Positions 49,512-63,083 of a DNA stretch of 64,000 bases are shown here, piece after piece (position 1 is the first letter of the stretch; every line of letters starts with the position of its first letter). The stretch spans positions 60,884,001 through 60,948,000 of the forward strand of contig OZ024742.1 of NCBI GenBank assembly GCA_964016885.1, read 5' to 3'. The translations under genes were made by a program, and so were the position numbers. Under the pieces are notes generated by a model. That model was not told where the DNA came from, did not search any database, and was given only the letters and a program-made list of their open reading frames with translations. Source of the DNA: Eledone cirrhosa (taxonomy: Eukaryota).

Positions 49512-52500
49512 ACGACGAAACAGGTGTGTGGGAAATACGAAAGCCCATTTCATTCGTCTGACGTCAGAAATAATAGCAGTAGCAGCCGTAATAACAACAG
49601 CAACAGTGACAATGAAAACAACTGTAGCAGCCGCAACAGCATCACCAGCAGCATAAACAACAACAGCATTAGCAGCAGCAACAACAACAACAACCACAGC
49701 AACAGCGGCGGCGGCAGTAGTCGTAGTACCTGCAGCAACAACAAAAGTAACAGCAGCTCTGACGACAACAACAACAACAGCAGCAAAGAAAAACCAATCT
49801 CGTTTGCAGGTATCGCGAAGAACCTGGAAACAATCCACATAACAAATGAGGAATTAGAGGAAGCGAAGAAGATGGTGACAAAAACCGGACACCGAGCAAT
49901 CTGCAAGGCAGCGGAAACAATTTTCGAAACCCAACAGCACTGTACGGTCACATACCGTACAGTAAGTACAAAATCCCGTAGGGTGGAAAGAGCCACAGAG
50001 GCTCAAATACAAAAAGCCTTGGCGTCTGTGTGGCAGCGGAAAACACACATCACCCGAGGCGAGAAATATGCCACCGTAGACGTACTTTTTGCCACACCCC
50101 AGGAGGCAAAGGTTCAATCCGTAGTGACCCTAAGGAGCGAGGAAATGGTGTTGGTGCCCTCCTACTGCGGGCAAAAAACTGTGAGGGTCAAACTGACCCA
50201 CGTCCCCCCCCCCCCCGGGATGGTCCCTTCTTGGCTGGCCGCGTCTGTCCTCGTCGGAATCGAGGACAAAACAACTGTACTGCAAGTACAGAAAAAAGTA
50301 AGAGAAGATTGGGTCGGCACCTCCATTGAGATGTTAATCCAAACCAACCAGGAGTGCATCGAAGCTATCCCGGATGTGATAGACTTCGATAACGGCACTC
50401 AACTGCCCATAAGTGTTGAGGGCAAACGCCCGAAATGCTTTCGCTGTGGATCGAAGACTCACCTCAGGGCCTTCTGCAACAAGAATACCCTGAGAAAGGA
50501 GAAAACCCCCCTCCTTCCGAAACCGGCTCCACGGCTACCAGCAACAGGACAAGCGGCAACCAGGAACGATAGGTCCGTGGCACCCATACCCACGCCACGG
50601 AAATCAAAAACAGCAGCAGCAGTGGAAGTATTAACAACAACAACAACAACAATACCAAATGCAGCTGCAACAGAGACTCCAGTGCAAACATCACCAACAA
50701 CAACAAGTGAAAGAGTGGAGCTGGTACCCCTCCCCGACCTCACAGAATCAGACATGGAGTGTGAGGTGGGAGAGGGATGGCAAAAGGTCGTAAGAAGGCA
50801 CAAACGCAGAAGCAGCGCATCGTCGCCTTTGAAAAGGGAGGAAAGAAATGAGAAAAGGGTAAAGTCTACTGCAAAGAGACCCACAGCAGCAACACCACCA
50901 ACACCATCACCACCCACACTAGCACCACCATCACCACCGGCGACAACCCCACCGCCAACAACACCTTCAACACCACCACCACAAGCACCAACATCGCAAA
51001 CACAACAAAACACACACACCCAGCAACAACGACAAGAAAATAGCAGAACCACACCCCACCCCCAGAAAAACAAATGCACGGCAATAAATACACACAACAA
51101 GAAACTAATGACTTACATAATTGAACACACAGACATTTCACAACAGGACTACATAATACCAGCACCAATCAAAACGCCAACTAACATAAGACTGCTAAAA
51201 ATAGCACAAAAACAATACACAAACATTAAAACGAAATTCCCCAACGCAGTTGGTGATTTCAGGGACCTAGGAGGAACTATCAATCGAAGAGTATATTCAG
51301 ACATTCTCATAAAGAGCCGACGACCAGCCGAAGGGACGATTCAACGGTCCCTTCAACAGACGATCAAGTGAAAAGGGATGTAAAACCATCCCTCCTCTAC
51401 CAAAAGTACGGTAAGTGGTCTTTCCCATCTTTTCCACTCTATTTTAAACATGACCTCACTCAGAATAGGCAGCATAAATGCGCGTGGCTTGGGGTCGTCA
51501 TGGAAGCAGGGTCACCTGCTCAACGACCTCAGGTCACTAAACATAGATGTAGTGGCCATCAGCGAGACCAGAATCTCCGAAGCACGGGCCTTCGCACCGA
51601 TCTTCGGCGGCTACGATGTGTACGCATCTCCCAGCCGTCCTGGATCGGGTGGAGGAGTTGCTGTGCTTTTTCGGAGAGGTTTGGATCTCGCCATACGGGC
51701 CATCTTCCTGGACCCAGAGGGTAAGCTGGTGGTGCTGGACGTGACCAGCGGAGACGGGCAAGCTTTCAGGTTAGTGGCCGTCTATGCCCCGACAGGAGCC
51801 GGGCGGCCTGATTTCTTCCGGCGTGTAGAGACCTTTCTTGGAACGTCCCGCTCTTTAGTGTTAGTGGGCAACTGGAACGGGATCTTAGATGCACGCTGGG
51901 ATTGTGTGGGATTAGTGGATAAGGAAGGAGGGTGCAAGAGTCTCACCAACCTGCTCAGGCGTTTTGAACTGTCTGACAGGTACCGAATGGATTTCCCGAA
52001 TGTGCCAATGTGGACTTGGACAAATCGCATAGGGTCATCCAGATCATATCTAGATAGAGTATTTTGTAGGGAAATAGATAGGTCTAGCATAGGCTGTCCA
52101 CAATTCAAGATAGTCAGCTACACGGACCACAAATTCGTGATCTGTGTGCTTGACTTAGATAGGCTTCATAGACGAGGACCCGGCTACTGGAAGCTAAACG
52201 CGTCCTTACCAGCGCGCAAGGCCTACAGAGACCGGATTAGCGAACTAGTTAAGCGGGCGTTGACGGGGGCCATCGTCAACAACAAGTGGTGGTTTGCTCT
52301 GAAAAGAGCGATTAGAATAGAATCCATTAGGTTTAGTAAGGCTTTAGCAATAGAGAAAAATAGAGCAGAGGGAGAACTTGTTAGAAAATTAGACGAGGCG
52401 CTTAGCAAAGGCATTGCGACCGACGTGCTTGCGGCGAAATTGGCCCTTGACCAATTCTTCAATGCAAAGCACGAAGGCTGCGTTGTCAGAGCAAGGGTGC

Positions 52501-54933
52501 GTGCTCTCAGAAACGAGGGGAGGAAAGCCGTTCAATGGGCCCGAGTGACGGAGGCGCGTCGTGGCAACAAAGCCACGATCCGGTCTTTGGTGGACCACGA
52601 CGGGCGCATGCTACTCGATCCCGGGCAAATGTGTGAAGCTTTTCAGCGACACTTCGCTCAGCTGTTCGGGGGCAGCGGTGGGCAGGGTCGAGGGATGGAC
52701 TTTAGTGTCTACATCGATGGACTGCCGCGGCTCTAGGCCACTGAGGCGAAAAGCCGATCACAGCCGCTGAAGTAAGGGAGGCAATGACTGGCTGCACAAG
52801 GGGTAAATCGCCTGGTTTTGATGGTCTGCCCTATGAACTTTACGTACAGATGCCAGACTTGTTCGGAGGCCTCTTGGCGGACGTCTACTGCAACTGGCAA
52901 CAGAACGGGAGAATTCCCAGTTCTGTGAGCCGAGGAGCGGTGGCACTGCTGAGAAAGGATCCGAACAAGGGGATGACATAGATAATTTCCGGCCCATAAC
53001 TCTGCTAAACACAGAGTTCAAGATTTTGGCCAAGGTGTTAGCAAATATGTTGGCGCTTGTCGTTGGTGGTCTGGTGGGAGAGGCGCAGACATGCGCCATT
53101 CCCGACAGATCCATCCACGACAACCTCCACCTCATGCGATACATCGTCGAGAGCGTAACTAAGGAACCTGGCACGGGTGGGTCCTTGATCAATTTAGATC
53201 AGTCGAAAGCTTTCGATAGGGTCGACCATCGTTACCTAGCGGCAGTCCTGAGGGCGGCTGGCTTTGGGCCCGTCTTCAGAGGCTGGATCGCTGCCATGCA
53301 CAGCGACATCTGATCTGTGGTGAGAGTGAACGGTCACCTGTCGGAACCGTTCAACATCATGCGCTCGGTCCGCCAAGGATGTCCCCTCTCGTCCCTCTTG
53401 TACGTATTGACTCTCGAGCCATTACTGCACAAACTGGAGACGTTGAGGGGCGTCCCGCGCGAACTAGGATCCGGAAGATCCGTGTCAGCACATGCTGACA
53501 CGGATGCCGTCCAACAGCGTCGTCGGACGCTGGACGGACGGACCGGTTAAATTTTTAGGGTTCTGGTTAGATCCGGACCTCCAGACGGACAAAAACTGGG
53601 ACGAGGTGACGAGCAGGGTGGATTCTCTCACCCAGAAATGGGCGGAGAGGAAGCTATCCCTGAAAGGTCGAGCGGAGGTGGCTAACGCGTACATCGCGTC
53701 TGTCATCTGCTACCGCCTGACCGTCGTACCTTGTCCTAAGCCTCGCCTGACTGCGCTGGAGCGTTTGCTCTTTCGCTTTTTGTGGAAGGGACGCCCTCCG
53801 ATGGTCAGGCGGTCCATCTGTTGTCAACACCCGCTACGTGGAGGGCTGGGCATACCGTGGCTGATGATGCGCAGGCACGCGCTCAGGCTACGACATCTCC
53901 ACCTCTTCCTCGACGGTGATCAGGTGTGGTCGCCGTTTGCTAGACAGGTATTTCCCCAGCTCGTTTCCTTGACGGAGCTGCAGTCCTGGGTCAAGCGAAG
54001 ACCGAGAGGGAGCGCCTGGAGACTGGAATGTCTTCAGGCGCTCACAGCCCTCGACCAATCGGGCAATGTGATCGGTGGAAACTCCACCTCGGCGTTCTAT
54101 AGAGGATTAGTGGAGGGGAAGAGCGACGACGTACTTGGGGAAACTCTAGGCGTCGACGAAAATCAACTAGCCAATCTCTTCGGAAGAACTTTCGGGCCAA
54201 GGCCTATGGACAACTTCCAGAAATCTCTGGGATAAACTCAACAGGCATGGAGGTGCCGTCAGCCGGGCATGTCCGAGATGCGCGCAGGGCGACGAAACCG
54301 TCCTGCACGCACTCGTCCAGTGTCCGAAAATTGCTGACTTGTGGGTTTATGTCGAACACCTGCTGTCGCGTTTAGGACGGATCCGGCTATCATCTGAGTC
54401 CATCGTGAGGATTGCCCCGCCCTCCTCCTTTAGCCGGGAAGGGCAGGCAGTTTTTATCTGTCTGGTGGCCATGGCGAAAGAGATAGTATGGTGGACACGT
54501 TTGAAAGGGCTGAAGACGAGCACTTACCTCTTCGGTGATGCTCTGATTGACTTTTTCAAATTTCATTTGAAAAGGAAAATCAGAGGAGAGAGGGAAGTGC
54601 TCTCTTCCCAGCATTTTGTTGAAAGATGGGTGAGAGAAGCAAGAATGGCCCGAGTGAATGGGCCTACTCTGAGTATATATCTGTAAATTAAAGGTGGAAA
54701 ACTGGGAGAAGGCACTTGCCTTGGTGGTCAGGGTCATTGTGGCCTTTTACTGGGCTTTCTCCACAAATGTCCCTCCGAAGTCTCCCCCCTATTGGGGAAT
54801 TTTTCATTGTTATTTTTTTGTTACATCCTCTGTTTGGTTTTTTACACGCAGAAATGCCCATTTGTACCGTCCTGTATGTCCTGCACTGTCCTTAATGTCT
54901 ACTTTATGTAAACCCTTGTGGTTAATAAAGAAA

Positions 54934-55001
<68 letters not shown>
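49512..55001 (+). mobile_element. Tx1/L1-like LINE copy D, 5'-truncated in ORF1 and inactivated
   Basis: Highly similar to copy B, with stops at ~52734 and ~53311, frameshifts, a deletion through YADD (~53500) and another at ~54230; (ATT)n tail. Confidence 0.95.
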
Positions 55002-55002
<1 letters not shown>

Positions 55003-55003
<1 letters not shown>

Positions 55004-55075
55004 GGGGTCGATAAAATAAAGTACCAGTAATACATTGGGATAATTGCTGGCCTTGTGCCAAAAGGAGAAACAATT
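55003..55075 (+). mobile_element. SINE family 1 3' fragment between (ATT)n tracts
   Basis: GGGGTCGATAAAATAAAGTACCAGT...CCTTGTGCCAAAAG. Confidence 0.7.
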
Positions 55076-55099
55076 ATTATTATTATTATTATTATTATT

Positions 55100-58000
55100 G
55101 TTCTTTGAGTCTCAGTCATTGATGTTATTTAACTGGAAAGTTTGTTAAAATGAATATCAAGCTACTACCTGCAGCCTCAGATATTCAGGACGTATCGGAG
55201 GATTCTTGCTGTTCCCAGCAAGCATGCATTTTGAAGTGTTCCAAAAAGCGGGGCGTGACCAATTTTCTTTAACCATCCTTGGAAACTCTTTGAGATAGTA
55301 CCTAGTTCGCCTATTATAATCTGGACCACTTTGACCCCATGGCAGTTCCAAATCCTTTTTACCTCCCACTTTATGTCCTGGTATTGGTTCATTTTCTCCC
55401 TCTCCTTCTCTTGCACTCTAGTCTCGAATGGGCAGGCTACATCCACAATCAGGCACGATCTGTTTCCCTTGTACAAAACCACCAGGTCAGGCCTATTGTG
55501 TTCCAGTTTCTTGTCCGTCTGTATCCTAAAATCCCACAGCACCTTCACCTGATCGTTTTCCATCACCGACTCTGGCTTATTCTCATACCACTTCCCAGAA
55601 TGTGGTAAATTGTTTACTTTGCATAGGTGCCAGTGGATCACCCTGCCCATCACATCATGTCTCCAGTCTTTATAGTGAGTCTGGGCGAGGTGTTTACACT
55701 CGGATACAATGTGAGCCACAGTCTCCTCTCTCTCTCCACAGATCCTACACAGTTGGCTAGCGTCTTCCTTGTAAATATGGTGTTTCAGCCACTTCGTTTT
55801 GAAGGCATGCTCTTGCACAGCCATTAGGATTCCTTCTGTAACCTTTTTAATTCTCCTCTTTTCAACCAGTTCCATGTCTGTGGATCTCTAAATTCAATTT
55901 TCTCAAAGAAGGCACTATAAAGGGATTATTCATGATGGTTGCTCTTTCTCCTTGTTGTTACTCCCTCCTTGGACATCCCCTGGTTTATTGTCCTCTCCTT
56001 CAGTACAATTTTGTGCATTGGTTCCCTACTACCAGTCACGTATTTGTGTAGGTTGTTTTTCTCCATCTGAACACAGTCCTCTAAGTAGAATCTATCGACA
56101 TCACTCCATTTGTGGAACATATAGATAGTCAATAGCTTCCTAGTCTTCCTATCCATTTCTTTTTGTTCAGCAACATTCCATCTCAGAATTCCCGCACTGT
56201 ACCTAATAATAGACACAGCTCGGGAATTTACTGCACTTATGGCATTCCTACTGTTCAGATGTGACTTTAATACGCTCCTTACTCTCCAAATGTATTCAGA
56301 TCTTATCAATTCCTTCATTTTTTTGTTCTTGGTGTCATCAGCCTCCAGAACACCTAAATATCTGCATCCCTCTTCAGTATCAATTTCCTTTATCATCTCA
56401 CCTGTTGGTATCTGGATTCCGTTACTTCTGCTCAATTTACCCCTCTTCATCACAAGGACTCCACACTTACTAATACAAAATTGCATGCATATATCATTGC
56501 TGAAAATACGGACAGTGTCAACAAGCACATCCAGCCCCTTCTCACTCTTCCCGAAGAGCTTAAGATCGTCCATGAAGAGGAGGTGATTGATGGTAAGCTC
56601 TCCCTTTCGCAATTTGTATCCTGCTCTCACCTTTCGCAGTATAATGCACAGGGGGATCTCGGCAAGGACAAACAACAGAGGGGAAAAACTATCTCCTTGG
56701 AAAATACATCTCTTGATCCTCACGCCTCCCAAGGATTCTCCGCCCGATATTAACTCTGTTTTCCAGGACTTCATACTTTTGTTCAACAACTGTCTGTTGT
56801 TACCTGCCACACTGAAGATCTCTAGGCTTTTGGTTATCTAAGAATGAGGTACCATGTCAAATGCCTTTTTGTAGTCTATCCATTCCATGGCAAGACCAGT
56901 GTGTCTCCTCCTGCAATTCCTCATTACCATCTTATCAATAAGTAACTGGTCCTTTGTACCACGGGACTTCTTTCGGCATCCTTTCTGTTCGTCCGGTAAC
57001 AAGTTGTTTATGTGGAGGTGATGGTAGATTCCCTCAGACACAATGCTTGTTAACAGTTTCCACATTACGGACAGACATGTGATAGGTCTATAGTTGGTAA
57101 CATCCTTACCCTTGATTCGGTCTTTCATTACCAGAAATGTGGTACCTTTTGTCAACCACTCTGGTACCTCACCTGACATCAAGCAGTCATTGAACATGGT
57201 TGTCAGTTTCGGGTGAAGGGATGTTATATTTTTAATCCAATACCCCTGCACACCATCTGGGCCTGATGATTTCCAGTTGGTTAGTTTTCTGGCCTGCCCC
57301 TTAAGAGTTTCAACTGTGATACTCAAATCAGTTTGTTGGTGTGCCTGTTCACTAATCTCCTTTTGTACTGTCTCAATCCACACTGCCTGGTCATTATGTT
57401 CAAGATCCTGCTCCCATATTTCTCTCCAGAATGTCTTAGTGTGTTCCGCCTCAGGGATCAAGTCGTTGCCTCTTTCTTTCCCTTCAAGCTGTCTAAATTA
57501 CATCTTCTGGTTGTTGTCAAACATGCGGTTCTGTCTATACTGACTGACTCTGCTCTCGTATCGCCTAATCTTTGCGCTCTTATCTACAATGCGTTGCTTC
57601 AGTTCCTCTATGATAATACATTTTCCTCCTAGTTTTGTACTTTATTTCCAGTCTATTTTTAGTGTCTATGTTTTGTATTGTCCCATTCAGTAGGGACTCA
57701 AGCTTTCCAATGTCATTTCTCATTTCCCTGATTTGACCATTTAGTCGTTTCTTCCTCCAAGGTTCTGATCTTTCTTGTTTGTTGTTTCCTCTCGCTTTTA
57801 TGCCAAGTAATTTCCTCACCGCATTTGCTGTTGTTTTGAGGATATTATTGCACTGGCGAAGGTTCCTCGCCTCAAGGTATGGGATGACTGTGTTTACCTT
57901 AGCTGTTGTTTCTTTTAACTTTTTCCTGTCTACAAATCTTAGGTTCATAGGTTTCCCACTATCATCTACCACTAAGTTTAGGATATCAACCAAATGTTGT

Positions 58001-59444
58001 TCTAGCACGTCAGCATTCATTTCCTCAATGGCCGTATCTTTGTTCCAGGTATTATTTTTTTCAGCATTCTGATCATTGTCTGCTTCAGATGCTTCCTCCG
58101 TTCTCTCAACCTCTTCACCTTCATCTGCCACTGGCTCGTTTGCCTGGCATACTCCAATCGCCATTTCCAATCTAATCTCTCTGCTGAGTTCCTCCAGTTC
58201 CAGCTCGCTTATCCACCCATTAGTTCTTAGTACCCGAGCATGCCCGGCCAATTTTTGTTCATCTAATTTAAATAGACAAATCTCGTTCCAGATGCTATGC
58301 ATCTGTTTCCTATAGCCTTTTTCCTTGGGTTTACTCTTCAGGTAACATTGCATAACAGTTCTATTCAATTCTTCGTCCAGTTGGTTCCCTTTCCTTCTTC
58401 TTCTTCCTCTAACACCAGCAGTATTTGGATGACAGGCAGGTCCCTGCTGCTGGGCCAGGGAGCACCTGCTGGGGGAGAGTCTGTCACATGACATTCCAGT
58501 CTCCACTCCACCGTTATTCGAACTGTTCGACATTTAAACACTCATATCGAGGATTGGTGAATGTATGGTTACCTAACCACCGGTGATTTGATCACCCCCA
58601 ATCACCCCCAGTGATTTTAGCGTGGCACTATCACGCTGTAGACGAACATAAATAAATAAATAAATAAATAGTTAAAAACCTAACAAAATAAACATAAGTT
58701 TCATTGTAATGTAATGTTTGAATGTCTGACTTAGTTTTTTTGTTTGTTTGTTTATTTGTTTTTCTTTTCTTTTTTTCTTTTCTTTACGTTTTTCGTTGCT
58801 GCTGTGCTGTTTTGATTTTTATTTTATTTTATTTTTTTTTTTTTGACCGGGCATCAAATCGGTCTATTTATATCTTTTGATGCCTCCCTCACTTAGTGGG
58901 ATTACTACGTGCCTGTCTTAGCAGGAGGTAGTGGGAGAGAATAGCGGCGGTAGCGATAATGAGGCAGTGGTGGTGGTGGTGATGTGCTAGTAGTACTTAG
59001 CAGGAGGTAGTGGGAGAGAATAGCGGCGGTAGCGATAATGAGGCAGTGGTGGTGGTGTGATGTGATCGTAGTACTGTAGTGATGGTGTTGTAGTTAAAGT
59101 AGAAATAGAAGTTGGAGTAATCTGGCTAGATTTTTTGGTGTGGTAGTGGTGATGGTGGCGGTGGTCGTGTTGGTTGTGAAATGATTTGCCACGTAGCCAT
59201 TTTCCTCTTTTTTTGACTATAACATTTCTGATCCAAAATTAAATATTAAATATTGGGGCCCTATGCCATAATGTGATGCGTTGTCGCTTGCTGAGAGTAA
59301 AAGAAAAAAAAACAAAAAAAACGGTAATCTTATTTTTCATTTGTAATAAGAATTATTCTATCACAGTTGTTTTAAATATGTAAAAATCAAAAACTTACGG
59401 GAGCGATTCCATAACGATATATCCACCATGTGCGTTTTCTTCCC
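55100..59444 (-). mobile_element. R4/Dong-like non-LTR retrotransposon, family 2, degraded full length
   Basis: ORF pieces 55177-58533: WKSSGPDGV, NYRPITCL, EQKGCRK.SRGTKDQLLID, WIDYKKAFD, QGDSFSP, HLLFMDDLKL, CCHC and RPDLVV..DVACP (REL). The 5' leader is homologous to that of family 1. Confidence 0.92.
58917..59074. repeat. Tandem duplication, 2 x ~79 bp
   Basis: CTTAGCAGGAGGTAGTGGGAGAGAATAGCGGCGGTAGCGATAATGAGGCAGTGG occurs twice. Confidence 0.85.
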
Positions 59445-59483
<39 letters not shown>

Positions 59484-59699
59484 CATTGTTGTTGTTGATA
59501 TTGTTATTATTGGTTATTGGCTTGTGTAGAGGTGCTATTATGGGCTTCGTAAGTTTAATATTATTTCCATTGCAAAAATTATTTTTCGTTGAACATTTGT
59601 TATTCTTTTGTAGATAAACATACGGCGTCTTTGTGAGCTGGTTCGTTTTTCCATATTTGTAGTCCTTAGGGGCCAAATTAATGCCTTTCTCACAGACAC

Positions 59700-60685
59700 G
59701 CCCCTCATTAAATAATAATATAAACATGGCGGATGTCAAAATATCGTCCACGAAACGAAACAACCAGTTGTCCAGAAAATGGAAATGGCCAGTTTCTAAA
59801 AACCCAGTAGTGGCAATAACACCAGGAGCAGCTGAGCACAGAATAATTATGAAAATAATTTCCTCCCTACATTACCACCGTTGCCACCATTACTAGAACT
59901 ACAAAATAGTAAATCCAACAAAACAAAAACAACATTATTGCAAACACCACTACCACCCCAACAACAGCAACGAAAAATGTAACAGAAGCAAATAAAAATA
60001 GCAACAGACACAACAGCACGAGCAACAGTAGCAATAGCGACAACTTCAGTACCAGTAGCAGTACCACCAGCAACAACAGCGAGGACAGCAGTAGTAGCGG
60101 CAATTGCAATAGCAGCAGCAACAGCACCAGTAACAGCAGCAACAACAACAACATCAACAACAGCCGTGATGTGGCCTCAAAACAAACTGAAGCCGCAAAA
60201 CTAAGTGTCTCCTTCGCGAGAGCAGCAAACAAAACTGCAAAGGTCTCGGTGAGCGACGATGAGATCATGGTAGCTAGGTTGATGGTTAAGAAGAATGGCC
60301 ACAGAATCAGCCCCACTCTTCCATCCGACGTCATGGAAATCCTAGGTCTTTTATGGTGTCATTGGAATACCATGTCATAGAAATCCCACGTCTTTTATGG
60401 TTTCAATTCTTTTATGGATCAAGCATTTCGCACCTGAAATGTTGTCAGGCGCTCTCAGCCCTTTGCCAATCGGGCAGTGGGGGTTGGTGGAAATTAAACT
60501 ATAGTGTTCTATAGAGAACTAGTGGTGGAAAAATGAGATAGCAATTTCAAAGAATCTCTGGGCGTCAACGAAATTGAACTAACTATAGAGCTCCGCAGAA
60601 TTTTCGACCCGGGGACTACAGATAATTTCCAGAATTCGCTATCTTGGCGCTGCATGTTCAAAATAGACCCTATAGGCATGATGGT
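59700..60685 (+). mobile_element. Tx1/L1-like remnant E (ORF1 N-terminus joined to ORF2 3' region)
   Basis: VSFARAA...EIMVARLMVKKNGHRI matches ORF1 (ISFAGIA...KKMVTKNGHRA). 60430-60680 aligns with 43180-43450. Confidence 0.8.
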
Positions 60686-60706
60686 GTTAGTAGTAGTAGT
60701 AGTAGC

Positions 60707-60775
<69 letters not shown>

Positions 60776-61137
60776 TGTAATATTTATAGTAGAGTTACAA
60801 GCAGTGTAAGTAATACACTAATACATGAAGATCAGACATAGGGCAGATGTTAATAAAGAAAGGAAAGGACAAGAAGATAAAGGTGTATGACAAAAGAATA
60901 TTAACAATAGAAAGAATACATAGTAAGTGATAATCTTACTAGAATTTGTTATTGGATATTTATTGATATTTGAATGGCTTTTGATATATAGTTCTTTGTG
61001 GAGGTGGTGGTCGTTTTGTGGTTCTAAGAAGCATTGTTATTGTGGTTTTACTGTATATATTTCATATTGCTGGTTTTGTTATTATAAATATTACAAAATA
61101 ACTTTTAACAGTAGAAATTGAGTGAGAAATATATATA

Positions 61138-61978
61138 TAATAAAAGTATGTGTTCCTACATGTACAAAATACAACCGTATGCCAGTGTGGTTCCATGGCA
61201 GGTTAATAAATTAACAAGCTAGAACATATAAAATCAAGGTTTAGCAAATAGAGAAACAGTTTTAAAATAAATTTTTAAAAGTTCCCTGTACTTACTATAT
61301 GTGCCTTTACCGCGGTTTCCAATTCCAAAATAAACAGATAATCGAAACGGATTTCAATTGAGAAAGAGATTTTCATCAGAAAGCTTTTCTCACTCGGAGA
61401 ATATAAAATTCTCGAGTTCAAATCACAAACTGGCGCCATACAAAACTGTTCCCGAATGAGAGTGAAAAAGGTTTTCTCTATTTGCTAAACCTTGATTTTA
61501 TATGTTCTGGCGTGTTAAATTATTAACCTGCCATAGAACCCCACAGGCATACGGTTGGACAATACCTGTATACCTATATGTATTTTTTACATGTAGGAAC
61601 ACATACTTTTATTATTATTTTCCCCTACGGTTGAGAAAAGTTTTGGTCGTTTGAACTGCTGCTATTTTTAGTAGCAGGAGATTGACCTATCCGCCCTGCT
61701 TTCTGTCTTTGCACACGGCACTAGACAATATTGTTTCATCTCTCATTCACTCACATTCGGGAACAGTTTCGTATGGCGTCAGTTTGTGATTTGAACTCGA
61801 GAATTTTATATTCTCCGAGTGAGAAAAGTTTCTTACGAAGATCTCTTCCTCAATGGATATCCGCTTGGGTTATCTGTTTATTTTGGGATCGGAAACCGCG
61901 GTAAAGGCACATATAGTAAGTAGAGGGAACTTTTAAAAATGTCTTTTAAAACTTTTTCTCTATTTGCTAAACCTTGAT
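61138..61978. repeat. Compound inverted repeat carrying two opposed hammerheads
   Basis: ~61138-61256 is inverted at ~61472-61613, and ~61230-61466 is inverted at ~61747-61978; ends in (TA)n. Confidence 0.88.
61303..61384 (-). ncRNA. Type I hammerhead ribozyme, core intact, weak stem II
   Basis: Minus strand: GCTTT-CTGATGA...GAAAC-CGCG-GTA-AAGGC with palindromic ACCGCGGT. The partner copy at 61828-61908(+) has CTTACGA and stem II GATCTC/GGGATC. Confidence 0.7.
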
Positions 61979-62441
61979 TATATATATATATATATATATA
62001 TATTTATTACATAATCACACACAAGAAGAAACTGCTGAATAACAGAATTGAACGAACATTATTCTGCCGTCACAGAACTAAAACCCTTTTTTCCCACTAC
62101 AAGCAGAATATTACATAAAAGAGGGACATCCCCCAACTATATAAACCTTAATCTAGTTAGAAAAATATAAAAACAATCTCTTCTCAACATATATTAATAA
62201 CCTTAAATTACCATACTAATAATGAAAAGATATGCTGATGAGAATAGGTACAAATATGCGATAATGAATGTGTCTAAAAACGTCCATAAGTATGTATATA
62301 TATGTGAAAATGTATATAAATAAGTAAATATATATATATGTTTGATGTGTATAGTTAGATGTAAGTGTATTCATGTATTAAAGTGCTTATATATATATAT
62401 ATGTGTGTGTGTATGTGTGTATGTGTGTATGTGTGTATATG

Positions 62442-62522
<81 letters not shown>

Positions 62523-63083
62523 GTATGTATGTATGTGTATGTGGATGTGTATGTATGTGTATGTGTGTACACATGGACTAGAGTATGTATGTATATATGT
62601 GTGTGTCTATACGTGTGTATATATAAAGATAAGTTGAGTATGAAAATGTATACACATGAGCGCGTATGTATGTACATGAATACATGTGTGTATATATATG
62701 TGTATGCATGTGTATATATATGTAAGTATGAATATGTGAATTGTGAGTATATGTATTTTGTAGAGGTGTGCAAATATATTTGTGTGTGAATGCGTGGGTG
62801 AAAGAATACTACACTTGAAAGAAAAATTTAAGTCTGAATGTTAAGTGCAAACACAAAACCAACCACGCATATCTTTACTATCTCTAATCCTTCTATAGAT
62901 TTAGAAAAATAACCAATAATATATTCTATAAAAAATGTCAAAACAACAGACGGGAATCTAATTACTCACTGCCACCAAGAATTCTCACTGCTATCGAAAA
63001 ACCACTCCTTCAACTATTCTTCTAACAACTTCACCCCTCCCTCCTAATATTCTCTATAAAAACTAAATAGGTCCTCAGTAATA

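Noticed and set aside
47569-49548. 659-aa ORF with a poly-F/poly-L N-terminus
   Set aside because: The N-terminus is read-through of (TTC)n(ATT)n into a 5'-truncated ORF2, not a real signal or transmembrane fusion.
47239-55001. Copies C and D as a single twin-priming inversion
   Set aside because: They overlap in content, each has its own 3' tail, and they differ in decay, so they are separate insertions.
62230-62270. CTGATGA motif
   Set aside because: No downstream stem II or GAAA.
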